The notes: generated by a model not told the origin, from the sequence alone. A stretch of DNA of 64,000 nt from Myxococcota bacterium (GCA_965228475.1 OZ245817.1:4736001-4800000), one strand, 5' to 3'; shown: positions 1 through 10,130, counted from the stretch's first letter. A program made the numbers and translations.

Positions 1-157
1 CGCGATCGCATCGCACGCGTGCGGACGTGGCCCCTCAGCACCGGCCTCCTCTCGCGCGTTTTCCTCTACCTCGTGATTCCGCCGCTCGCCTGGGCCGCCG
101 CCGCCGTCGTCGAACGCTTCGTAGACCAGATGCTCGGCTGAAGAGTCTCAGCGACCC

Positions 158-178
158 GTACGACCTTTTCGGTTGCAC
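158..178. promoter_or_regulatory. DriD/WYL-family-like operator (GTACGAC-N7-GTTGCAC)
   Basis: Imperfect palindrome with the spacing I recall for the DriD site (ATACGAC-N7-GTCGTAT), ~75 nt upstream of a DriD-like HTH gene. Confidence 0.5.
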
Positions 179-253
179 GCCTCAACGTCACCCATTTGGG
201 GAATGCAACGGACGCGGAGTTCGCGTAGAAACGAGTCGAGGCCACGCCTGCTC

Positions 254-589
254 GTGTCGCGCTACCAACGTTCCGTGGAGATCGAAGACCTCGTCGTCGC
301 CCTGGCGGTGACCCGCCAGGGGCTCACCATCTCGGACATCGCCGAGCGCTACGACGTCTCCCGCCGAACCGCCGAGCGCATGCGCGACGCCGTCGGCGAA
401 CGCTTCCCCCTGGTCGAAGCCGCCCGCAGCGGCGGCGAGCGCCGCAAGCGCTGGCGCATCGAAGGCCCGACGGGCTCCGTCCTCGCCACGATCGACGCTC
501 AGGGCCGAGCGGTGCTCGCCCGCGCCGTCGCCGCCCTGCGCGAAGCCGGCCGGGTCGAACTCGCCGCCGAGCTCGAGAAGCTCGGATGA
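254..589 (+). CDS. DriD-like winged-HTH protein, N-terminal DNA-binding domain only (no WYL/WCX)
   Basis: GLTISDIAERYDVSRRTAERMRDAV resembles the DriD-family HTH; GTG start at 254 chosen within ORF 173..589. Confidence 0.7.
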   Translation: MSRYQRSVEIEDLVVALAVTRQGLTISDIAERYDVSRRTAERMRDAVGERFPLVEAARSGGERRKRWRIEGPTGSVLATIDAQGRAVLARAVAALREAGRVELAAELEKLG

Positions 590-634
590 AGGGAGCGCGC
601 GCGCGGCTCGGGAAGCCGCCCTCATCCCTTCGGA

Positions 635-735
635 GCTCGCGGAAAGCCACTCGCTCGCGCCCCCCAGCGGATCGCGCGTGCGGCAGGCGGCGGCGCTGCG
701 GGCACCCCCGGCTCCGCCGTCTGCTCTCCGCGAGC
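635..735. repeat. Intergenic palindromic (REP-like) element
   Basis: GCTCGCGGAAAGC (635-647) and GCTCTCCGCGAGC (723-735) are 12/13 inverted complements. Confidence 0.35.
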
Positions 736-868
736 GCTGCGCCGCAATAGATAGGACCCGACGCCCCGATTGCTGAGGCAGGGTGTCTCGCCCGCGCCCG
801 GAGCAACCCGCATGCGGCTCGCGCGGGCGGTACGTCTCCTGCAAGATCTCCGCACAGGAGACCCGTCC

Positions 869-1363
869 ATGCCCTACCGGTTGAGCGACCTGATGACGCG
901 GACCGTCCGGTCCGTGAAAGCCGACGAACCGCTGCTCGACGTGCAGTGGCTCTTCGTCGAGCAAGGCTTCCACGGCGCCCCCGTCGTCGACGACGGCGAC
1001 CGCCTCATCGGCGTCATCAGCACCAGCGACCTGCTCCGCGCCGCGACCGCCGAACTCGAGCCGGTCCCCGACACCGAGGCCTACCTGCGAGACCTGGTCG
1101 AGTTCGCCGCCGTCTTCTCGGACCCCAAGAACCGGCCCGAGCTCAGCGACCTGCAAGAGCGGCTCGCCCACCAGACCGTCGCCGACTTCATGACCCGCGA
1201 CGTCGTCTCCGTCCCCGAGGAAACCCCCGTCGCCGAGGTCGCCCGCCTCCTCCGCGAACACCAGATCCACCGCGTCTGGGTCGTTAACGAAGGCCGCGTC
1301 AGCGGCGTCGTCTCGACCTTCGACCTGCTGCCGGTGATCGAGGAGCTGGCGGGCTCCGCCTAG
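869..1363 (+). CDS. CBS domain pair protein
   Basis: LSDLMTR...GAPVVDDGDRLIGVIS and VADFMTRDVVSV...VSGVVSTFDLL; GGAG upstream of ATG 869. Confidence 0.9.
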   Translation: MPYRLSDLMTRTVRSVKADEPLLDVQWLFVEQGFHGAPVVDDGDRLIGVISTSDLLRAATAELEPVPDTEAYLRDLVEFAAVFSDPKNRPELSDLQERLAHQTVADFMTRDVVSVPEETPVAEVARLLREHQIHRVWVVNEGRVSGVVSTFDLLPVIEELAGSA

Positions 1364-1376
1364 CGGGCGTCGAGCG

Positions 1377-1449
1377 TGGGCCCTCCAGGATTCGAACCTG
1401 GGTCCCTCCGGTTATGAGCCGGGTGCTCTAACCACTGAGCTAAGGGCCC
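1377..1449 (-). tRNA. tRNA with CAU anticodon, most likely tRNA-Ile2 (lysidine); elongator Met not excluded
   Basis: Reverse complement GGGCCCTTAGCTCAGTGGTTAGAGCACCCGGCTCATAACCGGAGGGACCCAGGTTCGAATCCTGGAGGGCCCA: 7-bp acceptor stem, D-loop, CTCATAA anticodon loop, GGTTCGAATCC T-loop; CCA not encoded. Confidence 0.93.
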
Positions 1450-1615
1450 GGGCGGCAGGCTAACGGAGGTGCGGCGGGGTTGCCGTCGGGCTGCTGGGGC
1501 GCTGCCGGTCGGGTGTGAATTCACTCACATTGACCCGTTTTGGGGTCAATTCCACTCAGCCTTTCTCCGATCTCTCTTGCCAAGGCCCGCGTGGGGACGC
1601 GGCGAGAGGACCGAG

Positions 1616-2290
1616 ATGAGTCGACGAACGTTTTTGCCCTGCCTGTTCAGCCTGCTGCTCGCCGTTGCCGGTGCGCTGCCGGCGCGGGCGGCGACGATGA
1701 TCACGAGCGCGAGCGACGCGGCCCTGGTGGGCGCGACGGTGCTGACCTTCAACGGCCAGGCCGACAACACGAACTTCCTGACGACGACGATCGGGAACAC
1801 CACGGTGCTCTCGAACTCGAACACGCTCCGCTTCGACAACCAGTACGCGGCGCAGTTCGGCACCACGGGCATCGCGCTCGAGACGCGCGCCGGGGGCTCG
1901 AACGACGACATCGAGTTCCGCTTCGCCTCCCACGTGGTGGCGGTCGGCTTCAACATCAACGCCCTCGACATCGACCTCACGATGAACCTCTACGACGTGA
2001 ACGACGTCCTGATCGACAGCTTCACGATCCAGAACCAGCCCGGGCAGGGGCTCAGCGGAAACAACCGCCGCGGCTACGCGGGCGCGAGCTCGCCCGATGC
2101 GCCGATCGCGCGCGTGCAGCTCGTGAACGCGAGCCAGCACGACTTCTTCCTGATCGACAACCTCGCGACGGTCGTCCCGGAAGTCGGCGCGGCGCTCCTG
2201 CTGCTCGGCGGCCTGGCCGGGCTCGGCTGGCTCGGGCGGCCCATCCGGCTGCGTGAAGGCCTGCGCGAAGAGCACGTCACCACCCACTAG
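1616..2290 (+). CDS. PEP-CTERM-like sorted surface protein
   Basis: Signal peptide ending ARA; C-terminal VVPEVG, then a hydrophobic helix and basic residues. Confidence 0.8.
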   Translation: MSRRTFLPCLFSLLLAVAGALPARAATMITSASDAALVGATVLTFNGQADNTNFLTTTIGNTTVLSNSNTLRFDNQYAAQFGTTGIALETRAGGSNDDIEFRFASHVVAVGFNINALDIDLTMNLYDVNDVLIDSFTIQNQPGQGLSGNNRRGYAGASSPDAPIARVQLVNASQHDFFLIDNLATVVPEVGAALLLLGGLAGLGWLGRPIRLREGLREEHVTTH

Positions 2291-2337
2291 CCGCGGCCCT
2301 TTTCCGCCCACAGGCCCGCCGCGTGTATGATCGCGCG

Positions 2338-3453
2338 ATGGGCTCCGATGCGTTGAACGCGCTCTACGACGCCGTCGAAGAGGACACCGCGAGCAAGGGC
2401 TGCGCCGCGCAGGTGGCCCTCGCCCGCGGCGGGGAGCTGCTCGGCACGCGCACCTTCGGCGATGCCCCCGCCGGCGACGCCACGCTCTTCTCGATCTTCT
2501 CCGTCACCAAAGCCTTCACCTCCGCGGTGGCCTGGCTGCTCCTCGCCGACGGGGAACTCTCGCTCGGGGATCGCGCGGCCGACCTCATCCCCGAGTTCGA
2601 GAGCCACGGCAAGGGCATCGTGACCGTCGAGCAGCTGCTCACGCACACCGCCGGCTTCCCGAATGCCGTGCTCCCGACGCGCGACTGGCCCGACCCGGCA
2701 CGCCGTCTCGAGCACTTCGCCTCCTGGCCGCTCGAGTGGGAGCCGGGAAGCCGCTTCGTCTACCACGGCGGCTCGACGATGTGGGTGCTCGCCGAGCTCA
2801 TCACGCGCGTGGCGGGCCGCGACTACCGCGCCTTCCAGCGCGAGCGGATCTTCGAGCCGCTCGGCCTCGCCGATCTCCACAACGGCCTGCCCGACGAAGC
2901 CGCCGCGCGTGTCGCCGACGTGCGCGTCGTCGGCGAGGAACCGACGGAGGCGGAGCGCGCCGTCTCCCCCGTCGACGCTCCGATGATCGGCGAAGAAACC
3001 CTCGCGCACGCGAACCGCGCCGAGGACCGCGCCATCGGCCACCCCGGCGGCGGCATCATCGCGACCGCCGCCGACGTCGCGCGCTTCTATCAGGCCCTGC
3101 TCGAAGACGAAGCGGGCGATCCGAAGGGGCGCGAGCGCCTCTGGCCCGCCGCGCTCCTGCGCGACGCCTGGACCCCGCGCCACACGGAACTGATCGATCC
3201 GATGACCGGACATCCGGCCCTGCGCGGGCTCGGCGTCGTCGTCGCGGGCGAGGAAGGCAAGCTCTGGCGCGGCTTCGCCGAGACGTGTTCGCCCCGGGCC
3301 TTCGGCCACATGGGCGCTGGCGGGCAGATTTCCTGGGCCGACCCGGAGACCGGACTCGTCTTCGTCTACCTGACCAACGGCGCCGAGCGCGACCCGGCGC
3401 GCCAGGGTCTACGCGGCTTCCGTCTCTCCACCCTCGCCGCAGCCTGCGCGTGA
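2338..3453 (+). CDS. Serine hydrolase, beta-lactamase family
   Basis: SxxK (FSVTK), LLTHTAG, PGSRFVYH, FGHMGAGG. Confidence 0.9.
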   Translation: MGSDALNALYDAVEEDTASKGCAAQVALARGGELLGTRTFGDAPAGDATLFSIFSVTKAFTSAVAWLLLADGELSLGDRAADLIPEFESHGKGIVTVEQLLTHTAGFPNAVLPTRDWPDPARRLEHFASWPLEWEPGSRFVYHGGSTMWVLAELITRVAGRDYRAFQRERIFEPLGLADLHNGLPDEAAARVADVRVVGEEPTEAERAVSPVDAPMIGEETLAHANRAEDRAIGHPGGGIIATAADVARFYQALLEDEAGDPKGRERLWPAALLRDAWTPRHTELIDPMTGHPALRGLGVVVAGEEGKLWRGFAETCSPRAFGHMGAGGQISWADPETGLVFVYLTNGAERDPARQGLRGFRLSTLAAACA

Positions 3454-3494
3454 ACGATCCGAGCTAAGCTCGCGTCTTCTTGGAGGAGGTGGCC

Positions 3495-3971
3495 ATGGCG
3501 ATCGAAGGGATCGGAAAGGCTCCGGGCAAGGGGGGCGGGCGCAACGCGAAGCTCCGCGCGCCCACGGTCTACAAGACGGAAGTCTTCGAGCGGATCGACC
3601 GCCTCTCGCGAGACCCCGAGCAGACCCGGCGCGCGATCGAGTCGCTGCGCAGCGGCTCGGGGCTCCTCGACGTCGCGAGCGAAGCGGGCGCCATCGGCGG
3701 CGGCGACGGACGCCGCGAGCACCTCGAACGCCACTGGCTCGGCAGCGAAACCGACCGCGAGGTTCTGCGGCGCGCACTCGTCCGCGCGGGCGAGCTCGTC
3801 CTCGAGCATCGCGTTCCGGCCGACGTCTACTGGGTGTTCGCGGGAGACCGGCGGGAGGTCGGCGTCTCCTACAGCGGGCAGCAGGTCACGGTGATCGTCG
3901 TGACGCCCTTCCCGGACGTCGAGACCGAAGGCGCCGCACCCGACCACCCGGCGATCGAGATCTTCCGCTAG
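3495..3971 (+). CDS. Hypothetical protein
   Basis: GGAGG SD before ATG 3495; host-like codon usage; no family recognised. Confidence 0.65.
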   Translation: MAIEGIGKAPGKGGGRNAKLRAPTVYKTEVFERIDRLSRDPEQTRRAIESLRSGSGLLDVASEAGAIGGGDGRREHLERHWLGSETDREVLRRALVRAGELVLEHRVPADVYWVFAGDRREVGVSYSGQQVTVIVVTPFPDVETEGAAPDHPAIEIFR

Positions 3972-6355
3972 GCCTTCGAGCGCCCGGCTTCGGGCGGCAA
4001 GGCGTAGAGATCCTGCCGTCCGCTGCGCCCGCGAATCGCGAGCGCCTCGTGGGCGACGAAGCCCTCGCCCGCTTCCCCCGCGGCCTGCCAGGTCGCCGCG
4101 TCGGTGACGATGGCCGCGTCGAGCTTCCGGGTCATCTCCTGGAGCCGGGCCGCCAGGTTCGTGGTGTTGCCGACGGCGCTCCAGATCGCCCGGTCCGCGG
4201 CCTGGATGTTTCCGACGAAGGCCTCGCCCGTAGCGATGCCAACGCCGACCTCGAGCGATGCGCCCGACTCCGCGCCTTCCACCGGGAGCGCTGCCACCGC
4301 GCGCACGATCTCCCGCCCGGCGAGGACCGCCGCACGCTCCTTGCTCTCGAGCTCCCGCGGTGCGCCGAAGACCGCCATCATTCCATCGCCGTTGAACTCG
4401 ACCACGCTCCCGCCGTTCGCGCGAACGACCTCTGAAACGAGTTTCGTGTAGCGGTTCACCGTGGAGAAGATCTCGTCCGCCGAACGCTCCTCGCTGAAGC
4501 GCGAATAGCCGCGGATGTCCACGAAGGAAACCGTGACTTCGCGGCGGCCTTCCACGAGCTCCCGACCGTGGACGAGTTCATCCACCAGGGCACCCGGCAC
4601 ATAGCGCCGCAGAGCGGTCTGCATGCTGCGCGCCTCCTCGGTCAGCTGCTCGGGCCCGAAGCGGGCGAACCCGGCGGAGACCCGCTCGGCGAGCCTGCCC
4701 AGGAGATCGAGCTCGCTCGAGGTGTAGATGTCTCCCGAGCGCTTGGAGCCGAGGCAGATCACCGCGGCCAGGGCACCCGCCGGGCGAACGGGCAGGATCA
4801 CCGGCACGCCGAGGGTCTCGAGGGCGGCGCGGTCGAAGGGGCTGAGGCTCGACTCGCCGCCGCGCCGCCGCAGGCCTTCGGCCGAGAGCGGAACGCCGCG
4901 TTCTTCGAGCACCGAGACCAGCGGGCTCGAAGCCGGGAACGCCGGCGGGACGACGTGCCCCCGGACCCAGATCGGAGCGAAGCTCTCGCCGTCGCGCACG
5001 TAGACGGAGCAGCTTTCCGGGTGGAACAGTTCGTCGAGCCCGGCCCCGACCGTCTCCGCCAGCGCCGCCGGCCCCTTGCTCGCCCCGAGCCGCTCCGCGA
5101 GGCCCTCGAGCGACTTCTCGAGCGCCGGCCGCGCCGGGTAGAAGACCGACTCGACGCGCGGTGCCAGCCAACGGTGCGCGGGAATGACGGCGATCGCCAG
5201 CGCCAGCGAGAGAGCGAGCTGGGCGTTGGCAGACTCGATCCCGAGCGTCGCGGAGAAGCGCTCGGCCACCGCCGGCCCCAGCGCGAGCAACGTCCCCGCA
5301 CCGACCAGGCCGATCAACGTGTAGGACGCCGTCGAGTTGATGAGCCGGTCAATGTCGAGGAGGTTGTAGCGGGCGATCGCGATCACGACGGAGATCGGGA
5401 TCAACGCCAGCGTGCTCATGCTGACGACGAGCAGGCTGAAGACCCCGACGTCGAAGGCGGCCAGGGCCGTCGCCGCAGCCGGGAGCGCCACCGCCAGGTA
5501 GACGCCCAGCAGGACCCACTTGATCTGGCGGCGTGAGAGGGCGTCGGCCATGCGGTAGGTGTGGCTCGCGATGCCGACGAGCAGCGCGAAGAAGAGCAGG
5601 TCGCCGAGGGTCATCCCGAGGTTCCCGAGGCTCCGGCCGAAGGGGAACTCGTAGAAGCGGCTGCTCTCGAAGGGGATGAGGGCCAGGAAGAGCCAGGGCC
5701 CATAGCGTGCAAAGTCACCGAGCGCGTTCGGAGGGCGCGCGCCGTCCGGAAAGAGCAGCGCGGCGCGCAGCGCCAGGGGAATCGCGAAGCCGACGGAGAA
5801 GACGTGCACGACGAAGGAGAAGAGCGTGACGCTCTGGCTCCCGCCGAACGTGCAGGCCAGGAAGCACGCCGCCACGAGGAAGGTCTGGGCGAAGGCGCGG
5901 ACCAGGCGCGAGCGCGGCGCCTGCAGCGTCAGCAGGAGCGCGGCGAGCGCGAAGACGAAGGATGCCGGGAGGCGGGGCCAGTAGATCCGGTAGGAGCGGA
6001 CGGGCACGACGGCGCGGCCCACTTCGCCGCCGCGTTCGAAGACGACGGGGACCTCGCCCTCCGCGCGGCTCGCCTCGTAGAAGATCGGGTAAAGCGCCGT
6101 GTGGCCGCGCCCGAGCAGGCTCTCGCCGCCAGCCGCACGGATCCGGTCTCCGACCCGGAGCCCCGCTTCCTCCGCTCCGGAGCCCGCCGCCAGGCCGACG
6201 AGCTCGGGCGCCCCGCCCGAAGCCTGGGCTCGCGTGAGGATCAGGGTCGGGTAGCCGACCTGGGTGATGACCGAATGCAGCGAGAGCCCGAAACAGACGA
6301 TCCAGAGCGGAACGAGCACCCACAGCGTTCGGTCGAACGGGCCGCGCGGGTCCAT
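3968..6355 (-). CDS. Membrane-bound class III nucleotidyl cyclase (PDZ-like, multi-TM, GAF-like, cyclase)
   Basis: AEEAGLRVGDRI (PDZ-like), several TM helices, FVDIRGYS, EFNGDGMMAVFG, GNTTNLAARLQ. Confidence 0.9.
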   Translation of the reverse strand: MDPRGPFDRTLWVLVPLWIVCFGLSLHSVITQVGYPTLILTRAQASGGAPELVGLAAGSGAEEAGLRVGDRIRAAGGESLLGRGHTALYPIFYEASRAEGEVPVVFERGGEVGRAVVPVRSYRIYWPRLPASFVFALAALLLTLQAPRSRLVRAFAQTFLVAACFLACTFGGSQSVTLFSFVVHVFSVGFAIPLALRAALLFPDGARPPNALGDFARYGPWLFLALIPFESSRFYEFPFGRSLGNLGMTLGDLLFFALLVGIASHTYRMADALSRRQIKWVLLGVYLAVALPAAATALAAFDVGVFSLLVVSMSTLALIPISVVIAIARYNLLDIDRLINSTASYTLIGLVGAGTLLALGPAVAERFSATLGIESANAQLALSLALAIAVIPAHRWLAPRVESVFYPARPALEKSLEGLAERLGASKGPAALAETVGAGLDELFHPESCSVYVRDGESFAPIWVRGHVVPPAFPASSPLVSVLEERGVPLSAEGLRRRGGESSLSPFDRAALETLGVPVILPVRPAGALAAVICLGSKRSGDIYTSSELDLLGRLAERVSAGFARFGPEQLTEEARSMQTALRRYVPGALVDELVHGRELVEGRREVTVSFVDIRGYSRFSEERSADEIFSTVNRYTKLVSEVVRANGGSVVEFNGDGMMAVFGAPRELESKERAAVLAGREIVRAVAALPVEGAESGASLEVGVGIATGEAFVGNIQAADRAIWSAVGNTTNLAARLQEMTRKLDAAIVTDAATWQAAGEAGEGFVAHEALAIRGRSGRQDLYALPPEAGRSKA

Positions 6356-6365
6356 GGAAAAGAGG

Positions 6366-7496
6366 CTAGCGCGCCTCCGCTCGAAGATCGGCCAGGCTCA
6401 CAACGCGGCACTGCGGCTCCGGGTGGTCCTTCGCGCGCACCCAGCGCACGCCCATCGTCCCGTGGTGATGGCCCGCGGTGTCGAGCCAGTTGCCCGTGCC
6501 CGGATCTTCGTGCGCCACGATGATGCGCACCGATCCATCGGCTTCGTAGCGCGCCTGGCCACTGTTCACGTGGGTCTGGTGGAAGTGGTAGTCGAGGGAT
6601 TCGGCCCAGATGTTCCCGAGCTGGAGGTTCCAGTAGTGACACTCGGGCGGTGTCACCTCGATGACGAGCGCCTCGTCCGGCGCGAGCTCCCAGAACCCGA
6701 GCCACATGCGGATGTTCGGGTCGCCGCCCATGTGGAGGTGCTTCTCCATCGGCGGGAGGTGGAACGCGTTGCTCGGCGCCTGCTCGCGGTAGCCGATCAC
6801 CCAGTCGTAGAACCACTGGGCGCAGCCGACGGCGTAGAGCGCGCTCCCGAGGAGCTGCCCCGGCATGCGCGTCGCCTCGAGCGGCGGCGGCGCAGCGCCT
6901 TCGTGGCCGACGCACTCGATCGAGATGTCGACGGGCTGCTCCTTCGCGCGATCGAGGAAGGTCTGGCGCACGAGGATCTGCTTCGTGTTCGGGCCGAGGC
7001 GCAGCCAGTCGCCCGAGCCCTTCGCCGGCTCCTTCTGACTCGCGTAGACCTCGAAGCTGCCGTCGGCTCCGAGCGTGAGGTCGGAATCGTTCAGGTGACC
7101 GGCGCCGCCCGTGATCTTGTCCTTGGCCGCGAAGTTCTGATCCTGCGCCGCGAGCGAGAGGTAGTGGATGCTCCCGCGCCGGCCCCGCAGCCGGTAGTCG
7201 TAGGCCGGGTTCACGGAGGCGCTGCGATAGAAGTTGTCCGGGTTGTCGAGGCCCATCTTCACCATCTCGGGCATGGTGCGGAAGACCGGGTACTCGGGAC
7301 CGGTCGCTTCGGCGAAGGAGATCATCCCCGCCCGCGCGAGGCGCGAGAGGTATCGCAGGCCCTCGCCCCGGTCGAAGTCCGAGGCTTCGAGCTCCGGGCG
7401 CGCGAGCACCTCGCCCGCCTTCTTCAGGAGATCGCAGAAAGCATCCCAGGCCTCGCGGGCCTCATCGGCGCTCATGCCGGCTTCGGCGTCGCTCAT
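6366..7496 (-). CDS. DUF1214-domain protein, commonly paired with sulfotransferases
   Basis: GLDNPDNFY, LVRQTFLD, WELAPDEALVIE, VAHEDPGTGNWLDTAGH. Confidence 0.8.
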   Translation of the reverse strand: MSDAEAGMSADEAREAWDAFCDLLKKAGEVLARPELEASDFDRGEGLRYLSRLARAGMISFAEATGPEYPVFRTMPEMVKMGLDNPDNFYRSASVNPAYDYRLRGRRGSIHYLSLAAQDQNFAAKDKITGGAGHLNDSDLTLGADGSFEVYASQKEPAKGSGDWLRLGPNTKQILVRQTFLDRAKEQPVDISIECVGHEGAAPPPLEATRMPGQLLGSALYAVGCAQWFYDWVIGYREQAPSNAFHLPPMEKHLHMGGDPNIRMWLGFWELAPDEALVIEVTPPECHYWNLQLGNIWAESLDYHFHQTHVNSGQARYEADGSVRIIVAHEDPGTGNWLDTAGHHHGTMGVRWVRAKDHPEPQCRVVSLADLRAEAR

Positions 7497-7497
7497 C

Positions 7498-8724
7498 TCA
7501 TTTCCCTCCGAGGCCGAAGCGCTCGATGTAGCGGGCGAAGCGCGTGTGGACGCGCTCGCGGGTCAGTCCGAAGCTCGCGAGGTCGTACTCGTGCTTGCCG
7601 TGCTTGTCCTTCGGGTGGCTCGCCGAGTACTCGGCCATCGCATACTCCGGCGCGCCCTCGAAGGGCATTCCGAAGTGATCGTAGACGCCGCGCGCCGCCG
7701 CACTGTTGTCGGCCACGAGCGCGTCGTAGTCGACGTCGATGAAGCGGGCTTCGTCGAGCTGCTCGCGGGCGTCCATGGCGCGGTCCATCGAATCCGCGTA
7801 GTGCTTCAAGACGAGCGGGCCGAACTCTTCCGCGGAGATCGAGACGCGGCTCTCGACGATCATGTAGATCATGCTCGAAATCGATGCGATGCAGGCCGCC
7901 GGGTCGCGATGGTTCCAGACGAGGCTGCAATCCGGGAAGGTCTCGACCAGCACGTCGAGCGCCCAGAGGTGCGAGGGCGTCTTCAGGAGCCAGCGCTCAC
8001 CCGGGCGCTGCCAGTCGAGCAGCCGGAGCAGGTCCGCGTAGTAGCGGTAGAGCGGGCGGAAATCGTGCTCGGCGAACCAGCTCGCATAGGGCTCGAGCAT
8101 CAGCTCGTAGCCGAGCTGGCCGCCGTCGAGTCCGAAGGCGTGGAGCAGGACGCACTCTTCCGGCGTATCCGCGTCGGCGAAGTGGGCCTTGGTGAACTCC
8201 GGGTTCTTCTTGCGGCTCTGCTCGGTGACGGCCTTCATGGCCTTGTAGCGCGGGTCGACCTCGCCCGGCGCGAGATCCCAGTTCGGGTCCGGGAAGATCC
8301 CCTCCCAGAGGTAGAGCGGCCGCGCGCTCGGGTCGGCGGCGAGCAGGTTGAAGAGCGCGGAGGTTCCGGAGCGCGGCAGGCCGGTCAGGAGCATCGGCTT
8401 CGCGATGCGGCGGTCGCGGATCTCGGGGTGGCGCCGGAAGGCCTCTTCGATCTTCAGGCGGGTCGCGAGCAGGTTCACGAGGCGGCCCCGGTGCTGCGCG
8501 ATTCCCTTCTCGGTGAAGGGGTTCTTCTCGGTCAGCTCGATCAGGGCGCGCAGGCCCGGCCGGTAGTGATCCGTCCCGAAATCGGAGAGGCCCGTCGCCT
8601 GGCGCGCTTCTTCGAGCAGTTCGTCTTCGTTCAAGGATGGCCTCGTCGTTCGGACGATCCGGCGCCGTCCGTCGCGCAGTGGGAACCCGCGGCGGCCGAG
8701 TATACCCCGACCGGGCGTGCGCAA
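7498..8724 (-). CDS. Sulfotransferase family protein (true start may be ~90 nt downstream)
   Basis: PAPS motif TGLPRSGTS, WLLKTPSH, HRDP. Confidence 0.88.
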   Translation of the reverse strand: MRTPGRGILGRRGFPLRDGRRRIVRTTRPSLNEDELLEEARQATGLSDFGTDHYRPGLRALIELTEKNPFTEKGIAQHRGRLVNLLATRLKIEEAFRRHPEIRDRRIAKPMLLTGLPRSGTSALFNLLAADPSARPLYLWEGIFPDPNWDLAPGEVDPRYKAMKAVTEQSRKKNPEFTKAHFADADTPEECVLLHAFGLDGGQLGYELMLEPYASWFAEHDFRPLYRYYADLLRLLDWQRPGERWLLKTPSHLWALDVLVETFPDCSLVWNHRDPAACIASISSMIYMIVESRVSISAEEFGPLVLKHYADSMDRAMDAREQLDEARFIDVDYDALVADNSAAARGVYDHFGMPFEGAPEYAMAEYSASHPKDKHGKHEYDLASFGLTRERVHTRFARYIERFGLGGK

Positions 8725-8774
8725 TGGCGACCAAGCTGCGATCCTCGGCCAGGCACGGAACCGAGGTCCGATGG

Positions 8775-10130
8775 ATGCCCGAAACCCGCCATGCCGTTGC
8801 CGTCGTCGGAGGCGCCACCTCCGGCGCGGAGATCGCCGCCCGGCTGGCCGAGACCGGCGTCGACGTGACGGTCTTCGAGCAGAGCCCCCTGCCCTACGGG
8901 AAGATCATGGACGGCCTCCCGCGCTGGCACGTCGCCCTGCGCCGGAAGGAGTACGAGAACGTCAACACGAAGCTCTCCCAGCCCGGGGTGCACTTCGTGC
9001 CGAACACCCGCATCGGCCAGGACATCGGCTTCGCCGAGCTCGCGAGGGAGTGGGGCTTCACCGCGGTGGTGCTCGCCTCGGGCGCCTGGAACGACCGGCC
9101 GATCCCCATCGAGGGCGCCGACGCCTACGTCAACAAGGGACTGATCTACCAGAACCCCTTCATCATCTGGTTCAACCACGCGGACGAGGCAGGCTACGCC
9201 GGCGAAACCTTCGAGGTCCGGGACGGCGCGCTCGTCGTCGGCGGGGGCCTCGCCTCGATCGACGTGACGAAGGTGCTGATGCTCGAGACGACGCGGGCGA
9301 AGCTCGCCGAGCGCGGCATCGAGGTCGACATCGTCGAGTTCGAGGTGAAGGGCATCCCGAAGATGCTCGCCGCCCACGGGCTCACCTTCGAGGAACTCGG
9401 CATCGAGCCCGCCACGCTCTTCTACCGCCGCCGCGGCGAGGACATGCCGCTCGTCGAGATCCCGCCCGACGCCGACGAGAAGCGCCGCGCGAAGCTCGCG
9501 GGCGCGCGCGGCAAGGTCCTCGCCAAGGCGCTCGAGAAGTACCTCTTCCGCTTCGAGCCCCTCGCCGCGCCGGAGGGTCTCGTCGTCGACGACGGCCGCC
9601 TCGTCGGGCTGACCTTCCGCCGCACGAAGATCGAGGATGGCCGCGTCGTCCCGACGGACGAGACCTTCGAGCGCCGCGGAAGCTGCATCTACAGCTCCAT
9701 CGGAAGCATCCCGGTTCCGATGGAAGGCATCCCGATGAAGGGCGAGCTCTACGACTTCACGGATTGGGAGCTCGGCCGTCTCGCGGACTACCCGAACGTC
9801 TTCTCCGTCGGGAACATCGTGACCGGCAAGGGCAACATCGTCGCCTCGCGCAAACACTCCGCGGCCGTCGCGGAGCAGGTGATCGAACAGTTCCTCGGGG
9901 TCGGCGATACGGACGGCCACGAGGGCGAAGAGAGCCTGCTCGAGGGCGTCACTTCAACGGCCACCGAAGCCGCCGGCCGGATCGCCGCGGAGCTCTCGGC
10001 TCAGCCGGCGATCGAGCCCGCGGTGCTCGAGGCCCTGCGCAAGCGCGTGGCCGAGCGCCAGGCCGCCGTCGGCCACGACGGCGACTACCGCGCCTGGATC
10101 GAGCGCAACACGCCGCCCGACCTGCAGTAG
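8775..10130 (+). CDS. FAD/NAD(P)-dependent oxidoreductase (ferredoxin-NADP reductase-like)
   Basis: VAVVGGATSG, PYGKIMDGLPRWH, LVVGGGLASID, FYRR. Confidence 0.8.
   Translation: MPETRHAVAVVGGATSGAEIAARLAETGVDVTVFEQSPLPYGKIMDGLPRWHVALRRKEYENVNTKLSQPGVHFVPNTRIGQDIGFAELAREWGFTAVVLASGAWNDRPIPIEGADAYVNKGLIYQNPFIIWFNHADEAGYAGETFEVRDGALVVGGGLASIDVTKVLMLETTRAKLAERGIEVDIVEFEVKGIPKMLAAHGLTFEELGIEPATLFYRRRGEDMPLVEIPPDADEKRRAKLAGARGKVLAKALEKYLFRFEPLAAPEGLVVDDGRLVGLTFRRTKIEDGRVVPTDETFERRGSCIYSSIGSIPVPMEGIPMKGELYDFTDWELGRLADYPNVFSVGNIVTGKGNIVASRKHSAAVAEQVIEQFLGVGDTDGHEGEESLLEGVTSTATEAAGRIAAELSAQPAIEPAVLEALRKRVAERQAAVGHDGDYRAWIERNTPPDLQ

Noticed and set aside
1..50. Start of a divergent minus-strand gene (GGAGG, then GTG near 41)
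   Set aside because: Only ~13 codons are visible at the window edge, too little to support a call
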